NCBI GenBank assembly: GCA_050253415.1
Contig: JBFWJC010000001.1
Span: forward strand, 1,064,679-1,128,678
Source of the DNA: Pedobacter sp.
GTDB lineage: Bacteria > Desulfobacterota > Desulfuromonadia > Desulfuromonadales > Syntrophotaleaceae
Length of the DNA stretch: 64,000 bases
Direction of reading: 5' to 3'
The position numbers and the translations under genes were made by a program. Below, in pieces: positions 1 through 9,629 of this stretch. Position 1 is the first letter of the stretch, and each line of letters begins with the position of its first letter. Under the pieces are notes generated by a model. The model ran no database searches, was not told the DNA's origin, and was given only the letters and a program-made list of their open reading frames with translations.

Positions 1-834
1 CAGTGTTCCCAGGTATACAACGACAAAGAGGGCAACTACCTGACCTCCGGTTTCGAGTATGAAACCATCTGGGGCCTGGGCGCCGACTGCTTGATTGAAG
101 ATCTGGATGATATCGCTACCTGCGACAATATCATGGACGATATCGGCATCGATTCTATCGAGGGTGTTGTCACCATGGGCGTGGTTATGGAAGCCGGTAT
201 CATTCCCTGGGGCGATGGCAAAGGTGCTATCCGCTTGCTGCGCGAGGAAGTCGGCAAGGGTACGGCACTTGGGCACATTATCGGAAACGGCACCGCTTCG
301 GTTGGCCATGCTTATGGCCTGACCCGCGTACCCGTGGTCAAGAATCAGGGTATCCCGGCCTACGACCCCCGTTCGGTTAAAGGTATCGGTATCACCTATG
401 CCACTTCGACCATGGGAGCGGATCACACCGCCGGTTATTGCATTGCCACCAATATCCTCAAATGCGGTGGCTTTGTCGATCCCTTGAGCAAGGAAGGGCA
501 GGTCGAACTGTCCCGCAACCTGCAGATAGGTACCGCAGTCATCGACAGTACCGGTATGTGCGTGTTCGTGGCGTTCCCGATGCTCGATATTCCCGAATGC
601 GCCGATGCCCTTAACGACATGGTAGCAGCCCGCTTCGGCATCGAGCTGGATCATGCCGGCGTTGCCGAGTTGGGCAAGAAGATCCTTAAGCTGGAGCATG
701 AATTCAACCTTGCCGCCGGTATGAGCAATGAAGATGACCGGCTGCCCGAATTCTTCACCCTCGAAACCGTACCGCCGCACAACGCCATCTGGGATTTCAG
801 CCCGGCTGAGATCGACGAATTCTGGAATTTCTGA
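1..834 (+). CDS. aor: Aldehyde:ferredoxin oxidoreductase (AOR family, tungsten), 5'-truncated by window edge
   Basis: Frame 1 is open from base 1 (QCSQVYND...FEYETIWGLG...DDIGIDSI...PAYDPR...GADHTAG...DDRLPEFF). EYET, DxxGxD and YDPR are AOR-family motifs. Confidence 0.9.
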   Translation, partial: QCSQVYNDKEGNYLTSGFEYETIWGLGADCLIEDLDDIATCDNIMDDIGIDSIEGVVTMGVVMEAGIIPWGDGKGAIRLLREEVGKGTALGHIIGNGTASVGHAYGLTRVPVVKNQGIPAYDPRSVKGIGITYATSTMGADHTAGYCIATNILKCGGFVDPLSKEGQVELSRNLQIGTAVIDSTGMCVFVAFPMLDIPECADALNDMVAARFGIELDHAGVAELGKKILKLEHEFNLAAGMSNEDDRLPEFFTLETVPPHNAIWDFSPAEIDEFWNF

Positions 835-945
835 TTACGCGAAAGATCTTGTCTTTCGCCATGTCGGGGTAGGGTCGCCCTTCCGGGTGGGCGCCTCTAT
901 CCCGACTGCTTTGCACCTCCTGATTCCTAACCGATGCTTGCTGTT

Positions 946-981
946 GCCGTTCGAACCTTTTGGTTCGGGCGGCTTTTTTTT
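946..981 (+). terminator. Rho-independent terminator after aor
   Basis: GCCGTTCGAACC-tttt-GGTTCGGGCGGC followed by T8. Confidence 0.85.
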
Positions 982-1090
982 GTGCTCGTCTGAGCCTTTT
1001 AAGAACGTGTTTTTTCTTCGGAAGACCGGTCCTTGAGAGGCGCTGCATCTATTTTTATATTCTGAATGCCTGTTGCGCAAAGAATAGTCC

Positions 1091-1120
1091 TTGACGAATA
1101 AATCAAACGTTTGTTTTACT
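1091..1120 (+). promoter_or_regulatory. sigma70-type promoter with palindromic TetR operator
   Basis: TTGACG -35 box. The palindrome AAATCAAACGTTTGTTTT (1100-1117) lies in the spacer and overlaps a weak -10 (TTTACT). Confidence 0.6.
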
Positions 1121-1166
1121 GTGGGGGTGATTGTAAAGTGCTATTTCCCTATCTGCCGGAGAGGTT

Positions 1167-1805
1167 ATGAGTCAACCGGATACCAAACAACGCCTGCTCG
1201 ATGCGGCCGAAAGTCTGTTTGCCGCCGAGGGGTTCCACAGTACTTCACTACGCGCCATTACCGGCAAAGCCGAGGCCAACCTTGCAGCGGTCAAATACCA
1301 TTTCGGCTCCAAGGAGGCGCTGCTGGAGGCGGTTTTGAATCGACGCCTGGTGCCTCTCAACCGGGTCCGTCATGAGCGGCTGGAGGCGTTGCGCAGGACA
1401 GCGCGACAATCTGGCGTGCGGCCGCCAACCGAGGAGGTGCTGCGGGCTTTTATCGAGCCGACCCTCGCTTTTCGCGACAGCGGACCGGGAGCCGAGGCCT
1501 TTATTCAGCTGGTCGGACGGGCTATCGCAGAACCGGATGATACCATCCGCAATATCTTCATGGAGTTGATGAAACCGCTGTTTCTCCTCATTTACGATAC
1601 GCTGGGACAAGCCCTTCCGGAATTGTCGGACACGGAACGTTTCTGGCGTCTGCACTTTTCACTCGGGGCACTGAGTCACGCCATGTGCCTGGCCGGACGT
1701 TTTCAGATCCTGCCTGCCGGAGTCACGCCGCGTCCTGATGCGGATGCTCTCACCGCGATGCTGGTGAATTTTCTTAAAGTAGGCTTGGAGGCGCCATGCG
1801 ACTGA
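1167..1805 (+). CDS. TetR/AcrR family regulator (PsrA-like)
   Basis: N-terminal TetR HTH (AAESLFAAEGFHSTSLRAIT...YHFGSKEAL), C-terminal FWRLHFSLGAL, GAGG RBS. Confidence 0.92.
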   Translation: MSQPDTKQRLLDAAESLFAAEGFHSTSLRAITGKAEANLAAVKYHFGSKEALLEAVLNRRLVPLNRVRHERLEALRRTARQSGVRPPTEEVLRAFIEPTLAFRDSGPGAEAFIQLVGRAIAEPDDTIRNIFMELMKPLFLLIYDTLGQALPELSDTERFWRLHFSLGALSHAMCLAGRFQILPAGVTPRPDADALTAMLVNFLKVGLEAPCD

Positions 1806-3223
1806 CATCTTTATGCCTTGTTGGTTGCGGTCTGCTCGGTCTTCTTGGCAACGGTTGCACCCTGCACCAGCCGCAAGAGGCAACTCTCCCGAGCTCTGTT
1901 CCTCAGGGCTATGCAGAGTCATCCGCAGCGGGCGAGCCATTTTCGGCTCTGGAACATTGGTGGGAACGATTTGGCGATGCGGATCTCAATACCTTGATGG
2001 CCGAGGCCTTTGCCGCAAATCTCGATTTGCAGCAGGCTTATGCCCGACTTGCCCAGGCCGAGGCGCTGGTACGCACAACTGGCGCAGCGCAGCGTCCCAC
2101 TCTCGACCTCGCCAGTGCCGGAGGCCGCCACCGGCAAGCGGTTGGCGTGACCGGCGCGGTTACCGCAGACACCTATTCTCTGTCGCTTCCCGCAAGTTTC
2201 GAACTCGATCTCTGGCGCAAATTGGCCTCGCGCACCGAGGCTGCCCGCCTTGAACAAGATGCTTCGCGGGAGGAACTCAAGGCCCTGTACCTGAGCCTTT
2301 CCGCTCAGGTTGCCGATCTCTATTTTTTGGCAATGGAACAAAAGGCGCAGCTCGCATTGACCGATCGCAATATCGCCGCGTTTGCCGATACCCTGGAGAG
2401 GGTGGAACGTCGTTACCTCGAAGGATTGGTGCCTCCCCTGGATGTTTACCAGTCACGCCAGAACCTGGCGGCGGCCCGTTCACGCCGGCCCCAGTTCGAT
2501 AATGCTCTGGCGGCCGCCGAGCACGCTCTGGCGGTTCTGCTCGGGCGTTATCCCGGGCGCGGCCTGGTCAACGATCACAGGCCTTTGCCGCAGACGATCC
2601 CCGATTTTCCGGCCGGACTGCCGTCTCAATTACTGGTTCGCCGGCCTGACGTTAAGGCCGACCTGTTGCGCCTGAAGGCCAGCGATGCCCGCATCGCCGC
2701 GGCGATTGCCGAGCGTTTTCCCGCGTTGCGCCTGACCGGCAGCTACGGCGGGCAAAGCGTCGAATTGGGGGATCTGCTCGCCTCGGGCAACATCTTCTGG
2801 AATCTGCTGCTTAATCTTGCCCAGCCTCTTTACGATGGTGGCAGAAGGGCTGCCGAGGTGGACCGCAGCAAGGCTGTTTTTCGTGAAAACCTTGCCGGTT
2901 ACCATAAATCCGTGCTCACCGCCTTTCGCGAGGTGGAGGATGCTCTTGCCGCCGGTCGTACCGGTGAAGAACGCATCGCGCGCTTGCGCCAGAGCGAGGA
3001 GGCCAGCGCCGCGGCCTTGCGGTTGGCACTCGACCGCTATTTACAGGGGCTGTCCGAATACTTGCCGGTTCTTACCGCCCAGGGGCTGCATTTTAATGCC
3101 CAGAGCCAGCTTTTGGCTGCCCGCCGGCAATTGATAGCCGATCGTATTACCCTCGCTCGGGCCCTTGGCGGGGACTGGATGGATGAGGAACTGACCGATG
3201 GATTGCAGTGGGTTGCCCATTGA
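1796..3223 (+). CDS. RND efflux outer membrane factor lipoprotein (NodT/OprM family)
   Basis: Lipobox-like LLGNGC, WWERFGD, SFELDLW, LLVRRPDV and RALGGDW motifs. Confidence 0.92.
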   Translation: MRLTSLCLVGCGLLGLLGNGCTLHQPQEATLPSSVPQGYAESSAAGEPFSALEHWWERFGDADLNTLMAEAFAANLDLQQAYARLAQAEALVRTTGAAQRPTLDLASAGGRHRQAVGVTGAVTADTYSLSLPASFELDLWRKLASRTEAARLEQDASREELKALYLSLSAQVADLYFLAMEQKAQLALTDRNIAAFADTLERVERRYLEGLVPPLDVYQSRQNLAAARSRRPQFDNALAAAEHALAVLLGRYPGRGLVNDHRPLPQTIPDFPAGLPSQLLVRRPDVKADLLRLKASDARIAAAIAERFPALRLTGSYGGQSVELGDLLASGNIFWNLLLNLAQPLYDGGRRAAEVDRSKAVFRENLAGYHKSVLTAFREVEDALAAGRTGEERIARLRQSEEASAAALRLALDRYLQGLSEYLPVLTAQGLHFNAQSQLLAARRQLIADRITLARALGGDWMDEELTDGLQWVAH

Positions 3224-3323
3224 ACAACGGCTGAATCTGCCTGGGTAAAGTGCCCCATATGACTTGCCCGATCTATTGATGTCGGATTTTAAACCAAACA
3301 TTATTTATAACGGGAAATATCCA

Positions 3324-4541
3324 ATGAGCGTCAAATCCAAACTGTTAAAGATCGGAGTTCCCCTTCTGATTCTGGTAATGGGCTTTGCAATCATGCGCAT
3401 CATGATTATCAACCGTCCGGAACCACGCAAGGAGAAACGTGAAAATCCCGGTGCTCTGGTCGAGGTTCTGAGTGCCACCCGCGGTGAACGTGAGGTGCTG
3501 GTTCATGGCACCGGTACCATACAACCGCGCCAGGAGGTCAGTCTTACTCCCCAGGTGAGCGGGCGCGTGACAAAAATCGCCGACCGATTAATCGCCGGCG
3601 GCTTCTTCCGCCAGGGGGATGTGCTGTTCGAGATCGAGGATACCGATTATCAGTTGGCCGTGGACCGGGCACGCGCCGCTCTGGCCAAGGCCGAGTACGA
3701 ACTGACGGCCATGCAGGGGCAGGCCCGCATTGCGCGCCAGGAATGGGAACGTTTGCAACTTGGCGATGGAAAACAACCCAACCCCTTGGTGGTCTATGAG
3801 CCGCAGCTCAAGAATGCCCGTGCCACTTTGCTTTCGGCACAGGCCACCTTGCAGCAGGCGCAGCTCGACCTGCAGCGTACCGTGTTGCGGGCGCCGTTCA
3901 ATGCTGTGATCCGTTCCGAAGCCGTCGACCTCGGCCAGTACGTCCGCTCGGGTACCGCCGTGGCGACGCTGGCCGGTACCGACCAGGCGGAGATTGTCGT
4001 ACCCCTGCCTTTGGAAGAGCTGGCCTGGCTGCAGATTCCCCATGCTGGACAAGGCGGTGGTGCCACTGCCGCAACCGCAACCGTACAGCTTGGCGCCGGT
4101 GGGGAGACTTTCGCCTGGTCAGGGAAGGTTGTGCGCCAGTTAGGCGATGTCGACCCTCAGGGACGCATGGCCCGACTGGTTGTGGCGGTGGAGGATCCGT
4201 ACGGATTGCGGCAGAGGGCCGGCGAGCGCCCCATTCTGTCCATGGGAATCTTTGTCCAGGTGCTTCTGCACGGCAAGAGGCTGAAGGATGTGGCGGTCAT
4301 CCCTGCCAATGCGCTGCGTGATGGAGCCACCGTCTGGGTTATGAACGATGGGCACTTGAAGGTCAGGCCGGTGGAGGTGGTGCGCCGAACCCGCGATGAG
4401 GTGGTGATCGGGCAAGGGTTGGACAACGGAGACCCGGTAGTGCTCACCAACCTGGCCGGAGCCACCGAAGGCATGAAGTTGCGGCCGGTGAGCGCGGATT
4501 CTATGCAAAACAAAGTTGGAACGTTGGAGGAGGGCAGTTAG
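3324..4541 (+). CDS. RND efflux periplasmic adaptor (membrane fusion protein)
   Basis: N-terminal TM anchor, PQVSGRV...GDVLFEIE lipoyl-like halves, LRAPFNAV. ATG 3324 chosen over the upstream TTG. Confidence 0.9.
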   Translation: MSVKSKLLKIGVPLLILVMGFAIMRIMIINRPEPRKEKRENPGALVEVLSATRGEREVLVHGTGTIQPRQEVSLTPQVSGRVTKIADRLIAGGFFRQGDVLFEIEDTDYQLAVDRARAALAKAEYELTAMQGQARIARQEWERLQLGDGKQPNPLVVYEPQLKNARATLLSAQATLQQAQLDLQRTVLRAPFNAVIRSEAVDLGQYVRSGTAVATLAGTDQAEIVVPLPLEELAWLQIPHAGQGGGATAATATVQLGAGGETFAWSGKVVRQLGDVDPQGRMARLVVAVEDPYGLRQRAGERPILSMGIFVQVLLHGKRLKDVAVIPANALRDGATVWVMNDGHLKVRPVEVVRRTRDEVVIGQGLDNGDPVVLTNLAGATEGMKLRPVSADSMQNKVGTLEEGS

Positions 4542-7500
4542 ATGAATGGTGCAATTCGCTGGATGGCCAATCATCACGTGGCCGCCAACCTCCTGATGCT
4601 GGTGTTCGTGGTGGGCGGCCTGATCCTTGCTCCGAAAGTCAAGCAGGAGGTTTTCCCGGAGGTTTCCCTGGACTGGATTTCCGTCAGCGTTCCCTATCCC
4701 GGGGCCGGCCCCGAGGAAGTGGAAGAGGGCATCTTGCTCAAGATCGAGGAGAACCTCACCGGCGTGGACGGCATCAAGCAGATCAAGGCCACCGCCTCCG
4801 AGGGGGTCGGTACGGTCATGGCCGAGGTGCAGGAAGGTATGGACCCGGACAAGGTGCTGCAGGATGTGCGCAGTGAGGTGGATCGTATCACCACCTTCCC
4901 GCTGGATGCCGAAAAGCCGGTTATCAGCAAGTTGCTCAATCGGCTCGAGGTGATTTCGGTGGTGGTCTACGGCGACCTTTCCGAACGCAGTCTGCGCGAA
5001 CGTGCCGAAGCGATACGGGATGAGCTGCTTACCTATCCGCAGATCACCCAGGTCGATCTGGGCGGTGTGCGTCCCTACGAAATCTCCATAGAGATCCCTG
5101 AGCAGCAGTTGCGTCGCTATAATCTGACCCTGGAGCAGGTGGCCCAACGGGTGGGTAAAGCCTCGCTGGATTTGCCCGGCGGTACTATTCGCACCGAAGG
5201 CGGCGAGATCCTGCTGCGTACCAAGGAACGCCGCTATTTCGGACCTGGATACGCCGAGATCGTGGTGGTCAACCAGCCCGACGGCACCGAGGTGCGCCTG
5301 GGTGATATCGCCCGGGTGCGGGACACCTTCGCCGAAACCGACACCTCGGCCACCTTCGACGGAAAACCGGCCGCCATGATCAAAATCTTTCGGGTCGGCG
5401 ATCAGAAACCCACTGAGATTTCCGATCTGGTCAAGCGCTATGTCGAGGACAAATCGGTAAACCTGCCGCCTAACGTGAAGCTTGCTACATGGAACGATAC
5501 CAGCGAGTTGTTCGAAAGTCGCATGAACCTGCTTCTCAAAAATGCGGCGATCGGTCTGGTGCTGGTGTTCCTGGTCTTGGGGCTGTTTCTGGAAATCCGC
5601 CTCGCCATGTGGGTAATGCTCGGTATCCCCATCGCGTTTTTCGGTACCCTGTTTTTCATGCCCGCCCTGGGCGTTTCCATCAACATGATCTCCCTTTTCG
5701 CCTTTATCCTCGCCCTGGGGATCGTGGTTGATGACGCTATCGTTGTCGGCGAAAACATTTACGAACATCGCCAACGGGGTAGCGCCTACCTGCCGGCGGC
5801 CGTAACCGGCTCCCAGGAGGTGGGGGTGCCGGTGGTTTTTTCGATTCTCACCACGGTAGCTGCTTTTGCCCCGTTGTTGTTCATCAGCGGCACCATGGGC
5901 AAGTTCATCGGCGTCATTCCGGTGGTGGTGATTACCATTTTGCTCATGTCGCTGGTGGAGTCCCTGTTTGTTCTCCCTGCCCATCTCGCCATGGGCCGGC
6001 GACGGGAAGCGGTTGGCGGCGTTCTCGGTCGTATCGACCGGCTGCGACGTCGTTTTGGCGATTTGCTTGACCGTTTCATCTCCGGACCTTATCGGCGTAT
6101 CCTCGAAGTTTGCCTGCGTCATCGCTATGTGACCCTGGCCACCGCCGTTGCCTGCCTGCTTCTGGCCGTCGGCGTGGTCAAGGGTGGCATCATCAAATTC
6201 ACCTTCATGCCGGAGGTCGACGGCGATGTGATTACAGCCTCGCTGCAGATGCCTCCCGGCACCCCGGTGGCGGAAACTGTTAAGGTGGAACGATTCATCG
6301 AGCAGAAAGCCATGGAAACGGTTGCTGAGTTCGATAGCCGTGACCCTGCAGGGCAGACCGTGCTGCGCCATTTCTACGCTGTGGTCGGGGGCACCCTTGC
6401 CGAAAGCGGTCCGGGTGGAGCCGTGGGCGAAAAATCAGGAGCCCACCTTGCCGGCATGGCGCTGTTTTTGACCAAAAGCGAAGAACGTGGCATCCCTGCC
6501 TCCGACATCACAACTGCCTGGCGCAACAAGGTTGGGGAAGTCCCGGGGGTAGAATCCCTGGTGTTCAAATCCAACCTGGTCCGCATGGGGGCCAATATCG
6601 ACATTCAGATGGCCCATGAGAGTTTCGCGGTTCTTTCCGAAGCCGCCGACCGACTCAAGGCCGAGTTGAACAGTTACCCGGGCGTGGGGGATGTCGAGGA
6701 TTCCTACAGCCGCGGCAAAAGGGAACTCAAAATCCGGCTCAAGCCGGAAGCGCGCACTCTGGGGGTTACCGAAGAAGGTCTCGGCCGCCAGATCCGTGGT
6801 GCGTTCTACGGTGCCGAGGCCCTGCGTCTTCAGCGCGGTCGCAACGAGGTCAAAGTGATGGTGCGCTATCCCGAGCAGGATCGTCGCAGTCTGTGGGATC
6901 TGGAGACGATGCGCATCCGTACCCCGCAGGGTGGCGAGATGCCGCTGGATCGGGCTGCCCTGGTGGAGGAGGGGAGAGGCTATGCCGAAATCAAGCGCAC
7001 CGACCGCAAGCGAGTGATCAACGTCAGCGCCAGCGTCGACAGCAAGACCGCCAATGCCCAGGAAATTCTGGCCGAAGTGCGTTCGGGCCTGCTGACCGAG
7101 ATGCAGCATGATTATCCAGGACTTACCTTTGATATGGAGGGAGAGGAAAAGGAGCGGCGTGATTCCATGGCGAGCATGGTCAGCGGTTTCCAACTCGCAC
7201 TGTTTGCCATCTTTGCCCTGCTGGCCATCCCCTTCCGCAGTTACAGCCAGCCGTTGATCATCATGGCTGCCATCCCTTTTGGCATCGTCGGCGCCGTTAT
7301 CGGCCACCTGCTCATGGGCTACGATCTCTCCATTCTCAGCATCTTCGGTATCGTGGCACTGGCCGGGGTGGTGGTCAACGATTCGCTGCTCCTCATCGAC
7401 CGGATCAACCAGAACCGCCGGGAGGGAGGCGAAGATCTGCTGGGGTCCCTCCTGGATGCCGGGCAGCGGCGTTTCCGGCCGATCCTGCTGACCTCTTTGA

Positions 7501-7733
7501 CTACCTTCTTCGGTCTGGCACCGATGATCATGGAACGTAGCGTGCAGGCGCAGTTTCTTATCCCCATGGCCATCAGCCTCGGTTTCGGCATCATGTTTGC
7601 CACCGGCATTACCCTGCTGCTGATCCCTGCCCTGTATATGGCACTGGAGGATGTCCGCCGGATGCTGGGACTGCCGGCGGGGCATGCTGACCACAGCGTT
7701 GCGGAGCACACGGTGTCCAGCGACTTGCAATAA
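4542..7733 (+). CDS. RND efflux permease (AcrB/AcrD/AcrF family)
   Basis: 1063 aa, ALGIVVDDAIVVGEN and RFRPILLTSLTT motifs, two large periplasmic loops. Confidence 0.95.
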   Translation: MNGAIRWMANHHVAANLLMLVFVVGGLILAPKVKQEVFPEVSLDWISVSVPYPGAGPEEVEEGILLKIEENLTGVDGIKQIKATASEGVGTVMAEVQEGMDPDKVLQDVRSEVDRITTFPLDAEKPVISKLLNRLEVISVVVYGDLSERSLRERAEAIRDELLTYPQITQVDLGGVRPYEISIEIPEQQLRRYNLTLEQVAQRVGKASLDLPGGTIRTEGGEILLRTKERRYFGPGYAEIVVVNQPDGTEVRLGDIARVRDTFAETDTSATFDGKPAAMIKIFRVGDQKPTEISDLVKRYVEDKSVNLPPNVKLATWNDTSELFESRMNLLLKNAAIGLVLVFLVLGLFLEIRLAMWVMLGIPIAFFGTLFFMPALGVSINMISLFAFILALGIVVDDAIVVGENIYEHRQRGSAYLPAAVTGSQEVGVPVVFSILTTVAAFAPLLFISGTMGKFIGVIPVVVITILLMSLVESLFVLPAHLAMGRRREAVGGVLGRIDRLRRRFGDLLDRFISGPYRRILEVCLRHRYVTLATAVACLLLAVGVVKGGIIKFTFMPEVDGDVITASLQMPPGTPVAETVKVERFIEQKAMETVAEFDSRDPAGQTVLRHFYAVVGGTLAESGPGGAVGEKSGAHLAGMALFLTKSEERGIPASDITTAWRNKVGEVPGVESLVFKSNLVRMGANIDIQMAHESFAVLSEAADRLKAELNSYPGVGDVEDSYSRGKRELKIRLKPEARTLGVTEEGLGRQIRGAFYGAEALRLQRGRNEVKVMVRYPEQDRRSLWDLETMRIRTPQGGEMPLDRAALVEEGRGYAEIKRTDRKRVINVSASVDSKTANAQEILAEVRSGLLTEMQHDYPGLTFDMEGEEKERRDSMASMVSGFQLALFAIFALLAIPFRSYSQPLIIMAAIPFGIVGAVIGHLLMGYDLSILSIFGIVALAGVVVNDSLLLIDRINQNRREGGEDLLGSLLDAGQRRFRPILLTSLTTFFGLAPMIMERSVQAQFLIPMAISLGFGIMFATGITLLLIPALYMALEDVRRMLGLPAGHADHSVAEHTVSSDLQ

Positions 7734-7784
7734 CCGCTGAAATGCCGTAAAAAGGCATACCATTCAAGTGCCAAGGAGAGTGTT

Positions 7785-8564
7785 TTGCCCATTATCGAAG
7801 ATCGCCTGTTTCGCAAGATAAAAAAGCTGACGGGAAAAGCCGTTGGCGATTTCAATCTCATCGAAGAAGGGGACCGCATTGCCGTTGCTGTATCGGGCGG
7901 CAAGGATTCCTGGACTTTGCTGCATATTCTCGACAGCCTGCGGCGCCGTGCGCCGATCCGTTACGAACTGATCGCAGTCAATGTCGACCCCGGGTTTCCC
8001 GGCTATCGTACCGATATCATGGAAGCGCATCTCAACGAATACGGTTTTGCCCACCACATGGAACGCACCGACTGTGCGACTATCATTCGGGAAAAATTGC
8101 GCCCAGGGTCGTCTTTTTGCGCTTTTTGCGCCCGGCTGCGGCGCGGTGTACTCTACTCGACAGCCACGCAACTGGGCTGTAACAAGCTGGCGCTTGGTCA
8201 TCATCTGGACGATTTTATTGAAACCCTGCTGCTTAACCAGTTCTACGTCGGCACGCTCGGCGCCATGAGCCCCAAGTTGCTCGCCGATAACGGTCAGCAT
8301 ACGGTGATCCGTCCTATGGTTTATGTGGAGGAAAGCGATATCGTAGCCTTTTCCGATGCCAATGAACTGCCACGCATCCCTTGTGGATGCCCGGAGGAAA
8401 CCCGCACCGATCAGAACCGGCAGCGCATGAAGCGTCTCGTCAGTCAGTTGGCCCAAGACATCCCGCATCTGCGCAAAAGCCTTATCGGCGCCTTGGGGAA
8501 TGTCCAGCCACGCCATCTGCTCGATCCCAATCTCAAAGATTTCGGAGTCACCGTGCCGAACTGA
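7785..8564 (+). CDS. ttcA: tRNA 2-thiocytidine(32) synthetase
   Basis: PP-loop SGGKDS, CAFCARLRRG, LALGHHLDD, VIRPM. TTG start with AGGAG RBS. Confidence 0.88.
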   Translation: MPIIEDRLFRKIKKLTGKAVGDFNLIEEGDRIAVAVSGGKDSWTLLHILDSLRRRAPIRYELIAVNVDPGFPGYRTDIMEAHLNEYGFAHHMERTDCATIIREKLRPGSSFCAFCARLRRGVLYSTATQLGCNKLALGHHLDDFIETLLLNQFYVGTLGAMSPKLLADNGQHTVIRPMVYVEESDIVAFSDANELPRIPCGCPEETRTDQNRQRMKRLVSQLAQDIPHLRKSLIGALGNVQPRHLLDPNLKDFGVTVPN

Positions 8565-8687
8565 TGGTTGGTGCATATTGATGTAAAATGGTATGGTCTG
8601 CCTTGAAAAATGGAGGTTTGGCCATTCAGGAATGCTGTTGCGAGTTTCGTGCATGTTGCCTGAAATGCCATTTCCGTCATGTCTTTG

Positions 8688-8757
8688 CAGAGATATTCAG
8701 GATTAAAACCTTAGGATGGTATTAAGGTTTCATCCTGACCATCCTGATTATCCCTGT
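8688..8757. repeat. Imperfect intergenic palindrome with tandem CATCCTGA repeats
   Basis: TCAGGAT..AAACCTTA / TAAGGTTT-CATCCTGA-C-CATCCTGA-TTATCCCTG. Confidence 0.55.
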
Positions 8758-8864
8758 TCTTTTAAAGGTTTTAAGGGGGGCGGATTCTCTCAGTGTCCTT
8801 TGTGAGCGCTTAGGGGATTTTCTTGCAAGTTTTGTTGACGTATCCCGATCCGTAAGGTGAGACG

Positions 8865-9629
8865 ATGACGTTTACCACACATACCAAAGCCGACCTGGAT
8901 CTGGCCAGCGAGGTTCAACAGTTACTGTTTCCCAAGGGCTCGCCCCGGTGCAAATGGTGCTGTATCGGCAGCAAAAACCGCATGGCGCGGGGCCTGGGTG
9001 GCGATTACTTCGATTTCATTCCCCTTGCGGATGGGTGCCAGGTGGTGTTTTTGGGGGATGTTACCGGTCATGGCTTGCAGGCATCGGTGGTCATGGCCTT
9101 GCTCTACGGTTTTATTCATCGCGGTACCGCATTGGACTGCAATCCCCTGGACATGGCAGCGCAAGTCAACGATTTCCTGTTCTCTTTCGCGCGACGCTCC
9201 CGCCGGTTGGATCACTTTTTTTCAACCACTCTGTTTTATGGGGTCATCGATCCTGCTACTCTTGAAATGCGCTACGTCAATAACGGACACGTAACTCCGC
9301 TGGTGCGGCGCGGACATAAAATAATCCATCTTTCCGCCACAGGCCAGCCTTTGGGTTATTTTGAAAAACCTGAAATCGTCATGCAGCAGTTTGATTTCAG
9401 ACCCGATGATCGGTTCCTGCTGTATACCGACGGTCTGGTGGAAGCTTTTAATCGGAAAGGTCAGGCTTTCGGCATGCCGGGTCTGGAACGGCTGCTGCGT
9501 CATCATCGAGGCAATCATACTGATTTTCTGGAGGGATTGTTTCAGGCGCTGGCATTGTTTGGCGCGCCTGAACCACCCGATGATGATTGTACCGCTATCG
9601 CTATCGATTTTTCTCGAACCTCGGAGTAG
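8865..9629 (+). CDS. Stand-alone SpoIIE/RsbU-type PP2C Ser/Thr phosphatase
   Basis: EVQQLLFP, GGDYFD, GDVTGHG, YTDGLVE and DDCT motifs. Confidence 0.9.
   Translation: MTFTTHTKADLDLASEVQQLLFPKGSPRCKWCCIGSKNRMARGLGGDYFDFIPLADGCQVVFLGDVTGHGLQASVVMALLYGFIHRGTALDCNPLDMAAQVNDFLFSFARRSRRLDHFFSTTLFYGVIDPATLEMRYVNNGHVTPLVRRGHKIIHLSATGQPLGYFEKPEIVMQQFDFRPDDRFLLYTDGLVEAFNRKGQAFGMPGLERLLRHHRGNHTDFLEGLFQALALFGAPEPPDDDCTAIAIDFSRTSE

Noticed and set aside
863..906. SRP RNA (CCGGAAGG on the minus strand)
   Set aside because: Lacks the CAGG/AGCAG internal loop, and the G-U pairing favours the + strand.
4140..7763. Long minus-strand ORFs (743 aa and 442 aa) over the RND genes
   Set aside because: Antisense shadows of high-GC3 coding sequence, with no recognisable motifs.
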